Assembly (NCBI GenBank): GCA_030704615.1
Contig: CM060733.1
Coordinates: 28,706,001-28,770,000, forward strand
DNA length: 64,000 bases
Origin: Takakia lepidozioides
Lineage: Eukaryota > Plantae > Bryophyta
Direction of reading: 5' to 3'
The position numbers and the translations under genes were made by a program. Below the pieces are notes generated by a model. It was given only the letters and a program-made list of their open reading frames with translations. It was not told the origin of the DNA and did no database searches. Within the stretch, counting starts at the first letter, position 1, and each line of letters begins with the position of its first letter. Shown in pieces: positions 24,101 to 34,339 of this stretch.

Positions 24101-24715
24101 TCATGCTTTTGAAACCAATGTTGGAAACAAAATTGTGTTTGTTGCTATACCAAGTGAATCTAGGTCTAGATTTCCATCTAATCATGCAACCAGCTCATTG
24201 TTGAATAGCTATCCAAAGGTTGTCCAGTGGTTGCAGACTTTGTCACCTGTAGTGGTCCTGCACTCTGCCCTGTGGGAGGTTAGAAAAATGGTTGGTTTCG
24301 CTGTGGCCAGGGCCATTGCATTGCATTCAGGCTTCTGATCGTTTAGTGGAGCATCTGGGAAACTAAAACCTGGTTTTAGTGGAAGTGGCTTTTAAGAGGT
24401 GCCCACATGCAACTGGAGAGAGTACCCTGAGAGATCCATTAGGAATCATGTACGATGCTGGCTTAGGTCAATGTCATCTTTTCCTTCTGAACATAAGTCA
24501 GTGATTGTGACAGCCTTGCACATTGGCCATTCACGATAAAAATCTAAGTTTCAAGCAAGTAGATGTGAAGAGGCCACGCTTTTCCTAACATTGTTCTTTG
24601 GTTGCAGGAGATAATGGGTGTTTTCAATAGGAACTGCATGATTTCATATTCGGCATATCGCAACATTTTTCCAATCTGGGCACTCGGTGAATACCGCTGC
24701 AAAGTCCTCACCTGA
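3166..24715 (+). CDS. CAS1: 2,3-oxidosqualene cyclase, cycloartenol-synthase-like (copy 1), 18 coding exons, 756 aa
   Basis: Exons read by hand: 3166-3363, 4008-4193, 12018-12107, 12364-12561, 12919-13003, 13652-13818, 14268-14456, 14706-14819, 15210-15332, 15638-15760, 15915-16013, 16301-16357, 19757-19803, 20052-20195, 20950-21127, 23710-23790, 23965-24048, 24608-24715 (2271 nt, open frame). All introns are GT-AG except intron 3 (GC-AG). Motifs: [42 protein letters not shown] repeats (QNKDGGW, QLPDGSW, QLPSGGW), [23 protein letters not shown]-diagnostic equivalents of AtCAS1 Y410, H477 and I481 are present. Confidence 0.95.
4340..5160 (+). mobile_element. Degenerate 3' fragments of LINE family A in OSC intron 2, with stacked 3' tails
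   Basis: Follows a (CT)n tract at ~4337-4358; homologous to 8575-9240; tails GGTCAATGGCCACAAGGCTA...TATGAGTACATTCT at ~4970-5055 and ~5138-5152. Confidence 0.85.
5520..6570 (+). mobile_element. Older diverged 3' fragment of LINE family A
   Basis: Translates to [13 protein letters not shown]...[19 protein letters not shown]; ends in a diverged tail GGGTCTATGACCACAAGGCTATGG (~6523-6546). Confidence 0.85.
6591..9239 (+). mobile_element. 5'-truncated young LINE family A copy (RT plus C-terminal CCHC; RTE/RTEX-like clade, tentative), frameshifted
   Basis: RT motifs [30 protein letters not shown]; [17 protein letters not shown] knuckle; starts after (CT)n; internal deletion near 7367 relative to the intron-12 copy. 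Confidence 0.93.
9240..9618 (+). mobile_element. 3' fragment of LINE family B with (CATTT)n tail
   Basis: [11 protein letters not shown]...[18 protein letters not shown]; tail TTTCATTTCATTTCATTT at ~9600-9618; homologous to 21695-22083. Confidence 0.88.
9634..9682 (+). mobile_element. Minimal (~49 nt) LINE family A 3'-end insertion with target-site duplication
   Basis: Tail AGGGTCAATGG...GAGTACATT flanked by direct repeat CTCTCTTTGGT. Confidence 0.85.
9730..10375 (+). mobile_element. LINE 5' fragment including start of an APE endonuclease domain
   Basis: [11 protein letters not shown]...CAGQETWE (ORF 10139-10360) resembles APE motifs I and II. Confidence 0.6.
16430..16700 (-). mobile_element. 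LINE family A 3' fragment (antisense) in OSC intron 12
   Basis: Reverse complement of the family A 3' end ([13 protein letters not shown]...), tail at ~16455-16500 next to a GA-rich tract. Confidence 0.88.
16716..19478 (-). mobile_element. 5'-truncated young LINE family A copy (antisense) in OSC intron 12
   Basis: ORFs 18904-19509, 18405-18956, 17664-18323 and 16722-17531 are near-identical to the 6591-9239 copy; bounded by (GA)n at both ends. Confidence 0.93.
20250..20299 (+). mobile_element. Minimal (~50 nt) LINE family A 3'-end insertion in intron 14
   Basis: Tail flanked by TSD TCTCTTTGTTAG on both sides. Confidence 0.88.
21217..22083 (+). mobile_element. 5'-truncated LINE family B in intron 15
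   Basis: ORF 21428-21952 ([16 protein letters not shown]...CPAC...HFIFYC); (CATTT)n tail; TSD TCTCTCCCC at 21208-21216 and 22084-22092. Confidence 0.88.
22231..22301 (+). mobile_element. Short diverged LINE family A 3'-end insertion
   Basis: Diverged tail GGGGTCTACGGCCACAAG...TATGAGTACAT with TSD TCTGTCT. Confidence 0.75.
22940..23181 (+). mobile_element. ~240-nt LINE family A 3' fragment in intron 15
   Basis: Flanked by a 19-bp TSD TTCTCTTCTCAAATGTGAG. Confidence 0.9.
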
Positions 24716-25589
24716 GGTGGGTCTCAGGGAGCTCTTCAATTGGTTCACCAACTCTTTCTGATCAAATTGTTAGTCATTCTACTGCTTTAGAGAATGATTA
24801 TTGTGTCATTCTTTGGGGGCAATGGGACTTTCAATGATTCAGCCTGTTGTGGAGCTGGCATCTCTTGCTTGTGTTAGTTGCTATACCAAGTGAATCTAGG
24901 TCTGGATTTCCATCTAATCATGCAACCGGCTCATTGTTGAATAGCTATCCAAAGGTTGTCCAGTGGTTGCAGACTTTTGTCACCTGTAGTGATCTGCGGG
25001 AGGTTAGAAAAATGGTTGGTTCCGCTGTGGCCAGGGCCATTGTGTTGCATTCAGGCTTCTGATCGTTTAGTGGAGCATCTGGGAAACCAACAACCTGGTT
25101 TTAGTGCAAGTGGCTTTTAAGAGGTGCCCACATGCAACTGGAGAGAGTACCCTGAGAGATCCATTAGGAATCATGTATGATGCTGGCTTAGGTCAGTGTC
25201 ATCTTTTCCTTCTGAACATAAGTCAGTGATTGTGACAGCCTTGCACATTGGCCATTCACGATAAAAATCTACGTTTCAAGCAAGTAGATGTGAAGAGGCC
25301 ATGCTTTTCCTAACAGTGTTCTTTGGTTGCAGGAAATAATGGGTGTTGCCAGTAGGAACTGCATGGTTTCAAATTCGGCATATCGCAACATTTTTCCAAT
25401 CTGGGCACTTGGTGAGTACCGCTGCAACGTCCTCACCTGAGGTGGGTCTCAGGGAGTTCTTCAATTGGTTCACCAACTTTTTCTGATCAAATATTAGTCA
25501 TTTTGCTGCTTTAGAGAATGATTATTGTGTTATTCTTTGGGGACAATGGGACTATCAATATTCAGCCTGTTTTGGAGCTGGCATCTCTT
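24133..25589 (+). repeat. Tandem duplication (~730 bp x2) of the 3' part of intron 17, exon 18 and the start of the 3' UTR
   Basis: Unit 1 ~24133-24868 and unit 2 ~24869-25589 align throughout. Confidence 0.95.
25333..25440 (+). CDS. Candidate alternative terminal exon 18b of the OSC gene ([35 protein letters not shown])
   Basis: Intact acceptor TTGGTTGCAG, same phase, same length (108 nt) and same stop as exon 18a; actual use in splicing is unproven. Confidence 0.55.
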   Translation, partial: EIMGVASRNCMVSNSAYRNIFPIWALGEYRCNVLT

Positions 25590-27222
25590 TCTTTATTTGT
25601 GACACTAGAAATCACAGAAAGATTTGTAATCGGCAACCTACGAATCGTGTTGCATCGCCCGCTCTCCCGGCATTGCTCTCTACCATTGCCACTATGTCAT
25701 CATGTCTACATTTATTGGCTACATTCAACGTCGTTCTCAAATTGTAAAACACCAGGGCCTGCGATGCCACATCAATCATATGGCTTCCATTGGTCAGGCC
25801 CTTAACCCTCTTGTGCGTCTGTTGATAATTTGCTTGTGGGTCTGCCCAATCACCACAAATCATATTTCATGTTTGAGAGTGCCAATTGTAACTAAACACC
25901 ACATGGCAGATAGTAGCATTACTTTGGAGGGAAAAATCAAATTTCACTCTGTAGGGACGTGAGGGTCTATGGATGGAGGTTGCTGTTTGTAGAAGAAAGG
26001 TCAGATAAGGATGCACAGCATCTGAGACAAGATGCACCTTCTATGGAAAGTAAATGTAGTCTCCAGATTGTCTCCCAACAATTGAAGTAGACTCTTCCTC
26101 CCGTTAGAGGGTAGACAAGATCCATAGTTTGAAGTAGGGGACGAAACAATCTCCTTCCATCTTGGAGACGACATATGTTTTTCATTTATGACATCAATGA
26201 GCTCCAGCAAGTCTTGTGATCCAAGACAAGAGACCTCTCTTAGCTTCCAATCTGCGAATCTCAAAGCAGTGGAAATCTGGACCCTAGAAACTAATTAGTG
26301 TGCCCATCATTCTAGCTAGAATCATTGACATGTAGAAGGGAAGGATTCTAGAGGTCTAAGCAGAATACAAAGATTGAGGAAGTGCTCAAGAAGAGTCTGT
26401 TTGAAAGTGACAGATCGACCTGGCCTAAGAACTTGGAAACTTGATCTGCTTTACCTGAAGATAAGACTTGGAGTAGAGCCTAGTTTTGGTTCGGTGGGAT
26501 CTCCACATGGTATGTAGCCTAGGATCAGTTGTCCACTATCCGTAGGAAAGATCAGTAATGTACCAGCAGCTCTACCCTGCATCAAGACGTCAAATATACC
26601 CTACTTTTCTGAGGGGTGTATGTTAAAATGAAGGGTACATCCAATCAGGGTATATATGAGGGTTAGGCATTAGGATATAATTGAGCCGCCATTCGTAAAT
26701 GTAGCTATGCTAGGATAGCCACCTTCGACACAGGAAATCGTTCCTTCTCGATTTCATATTCTAATATTCTCTATTTCTCCTTCATGTCGACGGTTCTGCA
26801 TCTAGTTACACATAGCATGATCTTCAGTTCACGAGTATGGATACTCAGAACGAGTATGTCATTGGCTATACCATTTGTGGGCAGCGGGCGTAGCTACAGC
26901 ATGAGCCTAGCCACGCGAGCCCGGGAGCTGGGCTCACGCTTTGCCATCTAAGCTAAGCGTGAGCCCAGGGTTTAGAGGAGGGAGAAGCAAGTCCTATAAC
27001 CGAGGACAAGGTTTAGAGGGGGTCCTATTACCGTGGAAGCGTATATTTTGGAAGAAGAGATGAACACGGAAAAACTTCCAAACACGGCAAACATGGCAAT
27101 ATTGAGTCCCTTCTATAAGCACGAAAATCCCAATTCCCCCAGCCCTACTTCGTCAACCTTAAGCACTCCCACCCAAGCATTTCACGCAGTTGGTCCCACC
27201 TTCCACCAGCCCCAAGCGCTCG

Positions 27223-27496
27223 CTCCACCTTGAAGACGAGGCCCAAGCCGCGATCCCACCTAGCCCCACTCTCACCACGCTCCACCTTGAAGACGATCCC
27301 CAAGCCACGATCCCACCTAGCCCTACTCTCACCACGCTCCACCTTGAAGACGATCCCCAAGCCACGATCCATTCTCACCACGCTCCACCTTGAAGACGAG
27401 CCCCAAGCTGCGATCCCACTTGGCCCCACTCTCACCACGCTCCACCTTGAAGACGAGCCCCGAGCCGCGATCCCACTTGGCCCCACTCTCACCAAG
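27223..27496 (+). repeat. 57-bp minisatellite, ~5 copies (one internally deleted)
   Basis: Unit CTCCACCTTGAAGACGA...CCCACTCTCACCACG starting at 27223, 27280, 27337 and later. Confidence 0.9.
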
Positions 27497-27824
27497 CCCC
27501 AACCACCTTCTCTGGTCACTATTCCTATAAGTATATATTCCTGCATCATCAGTGAGTTGCTTTTCAACCCACCGACAATAGTAGAACTATCTAGAAAGTC
27601 AACTAGTGAACTAGGGAAGATGGTTATACCAACTCTGGTTCGCCATTAGCGTTTTAACGGGTTCTGGACCTGTCTGGCGGGTCGGGTCCGTTTCCGGGCT
27701 CATTTAAAAATGAACCCGGCTCAGGGTCCGAGTTTTTTGTGATGGCACGGGTCCAGACCCGGATAGATACCCCGGACCCTAACCCGTCGGGTACCCGGGG
27801 TCAAAATCTAGACCCGCACAACAT

Positions 27825-28013
27825 TGTCGTCGATGATCATCATGAAATCATGATCACGAAGAAATTGAGTGCGTTGACGCACTCAGTTGTCCGCTGGGAG
27901 GAACCAAAAAAACAAGATTTTTTTTTTTTTATTTTTTTCCTTCCTCCCCCTGCGGAGAACTGAGTGCGTCAACGCACTCAATTTCTTCATGATCATGATG
28001 ATCATCGACGACA
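27825..28013. repeat. Fold-back inverted repeat (~75-bp arms) with nested palindromes
   Basis: Arm 27825-27903 is the near-perfect reverse complement of 27941-28013; each arm contains a self-palindromic TGAGTGCGT..ACGCACTCA segment. Confidence 0.9.
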
Positions 28014-28115
28014 TCTACCCAAATGCCGGGAAAAAAAAAACAAAACAAAAAAAAAAGGAAAAAAAACCTTCTTCCCTTAATTTTGTTTTTTGAATTCTCA
28101 TGTGCCTGACGCCCG

Positions 28116-28465
28116 CTTAATTCCCAACCTTGTTTCCCTCCACAAATATGGCAGTTCGCTAAGGGTTAGGGTTAGGGTTTGGGGTTACGATTTGCAGTGT
28201 TTCTCCGGTTTGCCGTGTTTGTCGTGTTTCCGCGGTAATGACGTCAACTTAATTCCCAGCCTGTTTCCCTGCACGAACATGGCAGTTTGCTAAGGGTTAG
28301 GGTTAGGGGTTAGGGCTTGCCGTGTTTCACCGGTTTGCCATGTTTGCCGTGTTTCCGCGGTGATGACGCCAGGTTAACTCCCACCCTGTTTCCCTGCACG
28401 AACATGGCAGTTCGCTAAGGGTTAGGTTTAGGGTTTGCCATGTTTGCTGTGTTTCCGCGGTAATG
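28116..28465 (+). repeat. ~130-bp tandem repeat x3 containing (TTAGGG)n tracts
   Basis: ATGGCAGTT(C/T)GCTAAGGGTTAGG... followed by TTTGCC(G/A)TGTTT...CCGCGGT repeated three times. Confidence 0.85.
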
Positions 28466-28759
28466 GGTGCTCATCCGCGGAAGTACACCCTGCATCTTCC
28501 CCCATTCTCGTGCCACGTGGACTGGGCTCACGTCAAGCTCTTGGGCTCATAGGCTTGCGTGGCTAGGCTCACACTCTAGCATTCCCCGTGGGTAGCAAAT
28601 AGATGGCCACTTTCTTGACGTAGAAGAAACTCCTGATATCGAGCACGACCTTGATGTCAGGCCTTCAAGTGTCTCTCGACATGACAATCATATATCGGTT
28701 TTATGTGAAGGGTCCACGACATGTAGGAGCGGAGACACAGAGGAGTCAGCTGCAAAAGA

Positions 28760-29385
28760 GACAAGAGTATGTCGGGAGCTGGAAGCCTTAATAGATCAGG
28801 CAAAATGTTGGGTGTCGTATGGTCGAAAATCTCCACCGTGGGCATTTTTTTACGACAAACAGTGAGGAGGCAGTTTCATTGGGCAGTGAGCGGATTCTTC
28901 GTTGCATTCTATGTTATAGCAATGCTTGTGGTGTTGAGAGTCTTGTCTTAAAGACCAGAGGTAGAAAATATCTCATAAAATACAACAAATTGCATGGCAC
29001 TAATGCGATGAGGAAGCACATTGAAAATGAGCATAGAGAGGTGTCGAGTAGATATCAAGCACTTTGCTGCTCGTCGTAAGGATCCTTTGGAGCCACATGA
29101 ATGGGAGCCCCTTAAGAAACGGCAGAAAGTGACACCGAGTCCCATTTCCACATTTTTTTGTAGCACTGTTCCCTACAAGAAAAATGATGAGAAGCAAAAG
29201 TCTTTCATGGAGGATCTGGTATTGCTTATAGTAAAAGTTTATTTCCCCTTGTCGAGTGTAGAAAATCTCTGGCTCAGACGTTGTGTTCTACGTCGAGACC
29301 CACGTCGTGTCTTTCCTTCTCGGAGAATGCTCACGGAAGAGATTTTGCCCACAATGGTTGAAACTACTGTTGAGAGACATGGCCC
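28760..29385 (+). pseudogene. hAT-family transposase N-terminal fragment (BED zinc finger), frameshifted and truncated by a LINE
   Basis: CILC...GTNAMRKHIENEH BED finger; FMEDLVLLIVK.YFPLSSVENLWLRR...FPSRRMLTEEILP. Confidence 0.78.
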
Positions 29386-29389
29386 GTTT

Positions 29390-32082
29390 GTGGCGCCAAT
29401 TGAACTCCACCTCATCCCCCTCACCAGGGGATCTCCCATTGAGGGAGGATTGATTGTTTCCAGGCAAAGCGTGTGTTGGAAACACCGGTGCCAAGCACGC
29501 AGTCTTTGCCCCAGGTGTCGTGGAAATCTTGAAGCAGCTTCCTCCCCCGTTGCTCCGAAGTTCTGGAAACAGTTGCACAAACAGTAAATCATGCCTCCTC
29601 CCCTCAGTCAGCAGATCATGGTAAGTATTATACAATACTGATCTGCCTCTGGGGGGTTCCCATCATAGACCCAGGCACACCTGGTTTTCCATAGATTCCA
29701 TAGGGTAATGGCTCGAAGTGAAGCCCAAACCGGACAAACAGATTGCCCTTGACCAAGAATGAAGTTTAGGAGCAGCAGAGAAGGCGGGGGAGGGGGGGGG
29801 GAGTATCCCAGTGTGAGTAGAAGGCAAGGAGGTGCTGCCAGATTCTGCCGGACAGGATGCACATGAAGAAGCAGTGTGTTCGATCGATTCTGGGTTAGAG
29901 TTGCACATAGTGCAGACTGAGTTTTCTTCATGAGTTTGGGGTTGTTGGATGCATCGACTCCTAGGCAAGGGGGCTTGAAGTTCACTTGGTCAAATAACAG
30001 AGACCCACCTGATCTGTGCCAGGCCCGTTTGGACAGGTTCTACTGTTCCTCTACGCTCAAAGGTTGGTCTAAAAAAGTCCCTCTGCAGCCTATCTTGCCA
30101 GATTTTGACCATGCAATAGTGCAACTCCTCCTTGACACTCCAGGGTCAAGGGTCAGAGGTAGGGGCTTCTTCAAGCTCTACAAGACCCGCAGGTAGTTGA
30201 GACCTTGAAACATGCCTGGGAAATAGCAGTCTCTCCTTTGGTCTCCCACACAGCAAGGTTCCTGGCAAAGCTCTCCTCCCTCACGGACTTGTGCAAAGAT
30301 ATCTCAAGATTAAAAGCGGAGGAGAATACGAGGCGTCAAAAAGCACTTACTAAATGCTTAGAGGTCTGCCAATTTCAGCTTCAGTCAGGGCATGGGGGAC
30401 CGCATACTATAGCCTCATACAAAGAAGCAAAGAGGAACCTCTCCATGCTTTTGCATGCCAAGGAACAGTTCACCAGAATCAAAGCTGGAGTCAACTGGTC
30501 TCTCAAAGGAGAGAAGATGACTTAGTATTTTTTCATCAAAGCGGCTCAAAGAAGACTTGATCCCTGCTCTTCGTGACAACGCTGGGCAATTGGTGGACAA
30601 CCCTAAAAACATGGCAGAGGTGGCAGCCACGTACTTCCAAGGGCTTTTTCAATGTCAACAAATGTCTCAGCTGAAAGATAATGCAACAACAGCTCTACTA
30701 CATCACATTCCCTGCACTTTATCTCAGAAGGATAAAGCCAATCTAGCGGCTCCCCTCACGGTGTATGAGCCAGGCCAAGCCGTCAACTCCATGGCATCGC
30801 AGAAGTCCCCTGGTCTGGATGGCCTACCAATTGAGCTGTTCAAATCGTTGTGGGAAACAATTGGGGAAGAATTCCTACTCATGGCAAATGATATAATGGA
30901 AAAAATGCTGATGCCTTCACAAATTTTAGAGGGTCTCATCACCCTCATATTCAAGAAGGGGGACAGAGAAGACATGGCCAACTATCGCCCTATAACTCTG
31001 TTGAATTCCACTTACAAGATTATTGCCAAGACCATGGCTTTGAGGCTGCAACCCCTTCTGCCAAAGATCATAAGGAAAGATCAAACAGGGTTTCTAAAAG
31101 ACCGTATGATTCTGGATAACATCCTCTTGGCACATGAGGCCTTGCACCGAGCAGAGATTAATAATCAACCATTGGCTTTCTTGATGCTTGACTTCGAAAA
31201 GGCCTTCGATTCCATTGATTGGGATTTTCTGGAAGGGGCTTTGGAAAAATCAGGATTGGGGGGACCTTTCCTCACTTGGGTACACATCCTTTTACATTCA
31301 GCATCTAGCAAAGTCACGGTGAACGGAGTCGTTTCCAAGGCCTTTCCAATTTCCAGATCAGTAAGGCAGGGCTGCCCCCTTGCTCCCTTCCTCTTTCTAA
31401 TCGTGGCGGACTCCCTAGGGCATATGTTGGATTTCAGGCAAGACATTGTCGGGCTGCACTTACCTACTCTACTACGTGAGATGCTGAAACTGTCTATGTA
31501 TGCAGATAACACCGCCCTCTTGCTTGACACCTCCTCCAGAAGAAATATAGACAGGGCACTCCAAGCACTGGACACTTTTTGCCTTGCTTCAGGACTTAAG
31601 GTCAATTGGAAAATGTCCATGGGCATTCTTTCTTTGCTACAGAACGGTGCAGTTGCAGCTCATTGTGATGCTTGGGGTGTGGACATAGGCCTGAGATGGC
31701 CCCAGACAAAGCCTTGGTAAAGGAAATCAAAGCACTCATCCGAAATTTCATATGGGGTGCCGCCAAGCACGCATCCCACGAGTTTTTTTCAGCTGAGGAG
31801 AGACCGTGTGCCGACCCACCCAATCTGTCAATGTCGTCTTCTACCATATTGAAGTCGCCACCCATCAGCCAGTGTTGAATTTGCGGGTGATGCAACGTTC
31901 TATCTCTGATTTGATTCCAAAGGGCAATCCTTTCTTCCTCCACATTAGGGGCGTAGATGTTTAACAGACCCACTTCTCCCAATGATTGTCCCAGGTTTAG
32001 CACTAGAAACTGGACCCTGCCTTGCAACCACACACCATTAGAGACAATTGATTGTTGTAAGGAAGGAGACACCAGAATTACA

Positions 32083-32116
<34 letters not shown>

Positions 32117-32520
32117 TGAATCACTGATGGTGGGATTCCAGAATGTCGAGGTTTGAGGCCACATGGAGGCACCTACAGATGAAATTTTAGCATGATTTAA
32201 TTTATGCTCTTGCAGAAACATGATATTGGAGCCACGCAAAAAAGGTGGAGGCCCATGTTCTGACTCTGGCCCTTTTGGGAGCCGAATGGTCAGAGCCAAG
32301 GCCTCTGACATTCCAGGAGAAGAGGGATAGGTTCATAAGGGGGGCAAAGAGGCCTGCACTGAGTGCACGATTTGATGGCCAAAGAGGACAAACAAGAAAT
32401 TTAGAATGCCTGTCAGAGAGAGGGAGGGTGGAGACCCACTTGAAACCCCGAGGAGGAGAGAACAAAAGATGAAGCTGCTAGGTGAACACCGTTCTAGCCT
32501 TTTTCCCTTTACTCTTACTA
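29390..32520 (-). mobile_element. L1/Tx1-clade LINE (APE-RT-zf) with an inverted central segment
   Basis: Minus strand 32340-31760: SWNVRGL, LQEHKL, GGDFN. Plus strand 29930-31760: FTWSN..RLDRFY..DH, RT ORF 30557-31720 (LDFEKAFD, QGCPLAP, YADN). Minus strand 29930-29390: CTMC..ESIEH...C, LWNLWKTR. Confidence 0.9.
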
Positions 32521-32544
32521 TGGAGGGGCACAAATTGTTTTCCA

Positions 32545-33766
32545 CACTACAGGAAAAGGGGGGGGGGGGGGGGGGGGGTTTCCACGCCGCACCCACGCCG
32601 CACCCACGCCGCGGCGTCGTAAAACGGCCCTTTTCGGGTAGGGGGAAGAACCAAATTTGCGACGCTCAGGCGTCGCAAGCCCGTCGTCAAAAAAACGTCG
32701 CAAATTTGCGACCAATGGGGGTCACAAATAGGCGAAACCGCGATTTGCGACGCCCGGACGTCGAAAATAAAAAATAAATAAAAAATAAATAAATAAACAA
32801 CCCTGCAATGCAGAATTAGCACCGTCCGGGGGTCGTAAAGTGCGACGCCCGAACGTCACAATTTAAGGGGATACATTTGAATTTAGGCGGGAAAATTTGA
32901 ATTTGAAATTTGAATTTCAAAAACTTGTTGACCGTTGACTCCGGCGTTTACCATTGACTCCAGTTCTGTCTAATGACGATATGTTCATTGTTCTATCATA
33001 TATCATGCAATGCATACTTGAACCTTAGACCTCCACGTTATAACATTTCTAAGACGCGACAAACTAACCAACACACCTACACTACATCTATGTATCACAA
33101 AAACAATCTAAATATATATACATATAAAGATTTCTTTCAAGTTCTTTCAAGTTCCTTCTAAGGGGGTCTCTCTTGTGACACCGGGGAGTTGCAACCTCCA
33201 CAGCCTTAGTGCCCAGCCCCAGCCCCAGCGTCGTTGCCGTTGTTGCACCCCCCTCCCACCGCCAAGGCTCCCCAAGCAACGTCCTTCTGATGACCTAAGC
33301 TGATCACAACACCATTGCGACCCCCTATGGCGACGCCGTTGCGACCCCTGGCGTCGCAACGATGGGTGGCCCAGCGACGCTTTTGTGAAGTTGAGGGCCG
33401 CAAAATCTATAAAAAAAAAAAAAAAAAAACAACTCCCTCTATGGTGATGATGTTGCGACGCCTTGGCGTCGCAGAGGCGCTGGGGCGTCCTTAGTGACGT
33501 TTTTGCGACGCCGAGGCTATTATTTTATTTTTCTGGATTTCCAACGCCGGGGCGTCGCAAGAAAAAAAATCCATCGCAGCGAGGGCCCTCTTCTCCCCTT
33601 CATGCCACCTTACGACGGCTGGGCGTCGTAATGGTGTCGCAGCGGGGGATTGCGACGCCGAGGCGTTGCAAAAAAACGCCGCGGACTCGGCGTCGCGGGC
33701 TCAACGCCGCGCGGGGCGTGGGGGCGCGACTGACGTCACAACCCCCCCCCCCCATTTGCTGTAGTG
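32545..33766. mobile_element. Non-autonomous CACTA (En/Spm) element, 1.2 kb
   Basis: CACTACAG...CTGTAGTG termini, 3-bp TSD CCA (32542-32544 and 33767-33769), poly-G/poly-C runs in the TIRs, many GCGACGCC subterminal repeats. Confidence 0.93.
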
Positions 33767-34339
33767 CCACTATTACTTATAAGTGATAACATGTCTGCAG
33801 AGATGTCCCAGGACAAGGCTTTAGACATAAATTTGTGAGCAAAGGGAGAAGAGGGAGGGGCAGAGGGATCTGAGAGGATTTTCTACCGATTTGATTGTTC
33901 AGCAGCAAAGTCCAAACCATTTTACAGTCAAAGAGGTGAGGAACGAAAAAGATGAGGGGAGAGTAAGCATGAGAGGCCATGCTTACCGCAGGGGGGGAGT
34001 CCACGGTTTCTTCTGATAACAAGAACGAGATGGAGTGGTCAGCTGTAACATTGGAGGAGGTGTTGAAAAGAAAAGTACTCGCCAACACCAGCTCTCTGTT
34101 TAAATTTGCCTCTTGCTGAGGTAGCCCCATACCCGTCTTGGATTTTTTCAATTTGTAATGCTCGTCCACCAGCTTGGATCCCTTGTTGAATATCTTCCTA
34201 CATCTTGCCCATTCATTTGGGTCTTTAACCCTGCAAGACAGATAAAACTTACTTACCCAAATCCATGTGTTATGCGCTCCCGAGGTATCCAAATCCCTAC
34301 TGTAGATGACTAGCATGCATTCTACATACTAGCCAACCA

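Larger units (their letters stand above)
26886..28587. mobile_element. Non-autonomous Mutator-like element with imperfect TIRs and 9-bp TSD
   Basis: Ends GCTACAGCATGAGCCTAGCCACGCGAGCC and GGCTTGCGTGGCTAGGCTCACACTCTAGC; flanks GTGGGCAGC (26877-26885) and GTGGGTAGC (28588-28596). Confidence 0.7.

Noticed and set aside
27223-27496. Regularly spaced repeats resembling a CRISPR array
   Set aside because: Units are contiguous 57-bp tandem copies with no unique spacers, there are no cas genes, and the context is eukaryotic.
28160-28435. Telomere or chromosome end
   Set aside because: Only 2-4 TTAGGG units per tract, embedded in a larger repeat inside a transposon.
30557-31720. Stand-alone RT gene (retron/DGR-like) from the 387-aa ORF
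   Set aside because: It is the inverted middle of an L1 with flanking APE and zinc-finger parts; the catalytic motif is degenerate (YADN).
32086-32115. Poly-C run as a functional poly-Gly tract
   Set aside because: Homopolymer expansion inside a dead L1 endonuclease; length may be slippage or sequencing error.
33777-34316. 179-aa minus-strand ORF
   Set aside because: No recognisable motif; may be ORF1 of the adjacent L1, but this cannot be supported from sequence alone.
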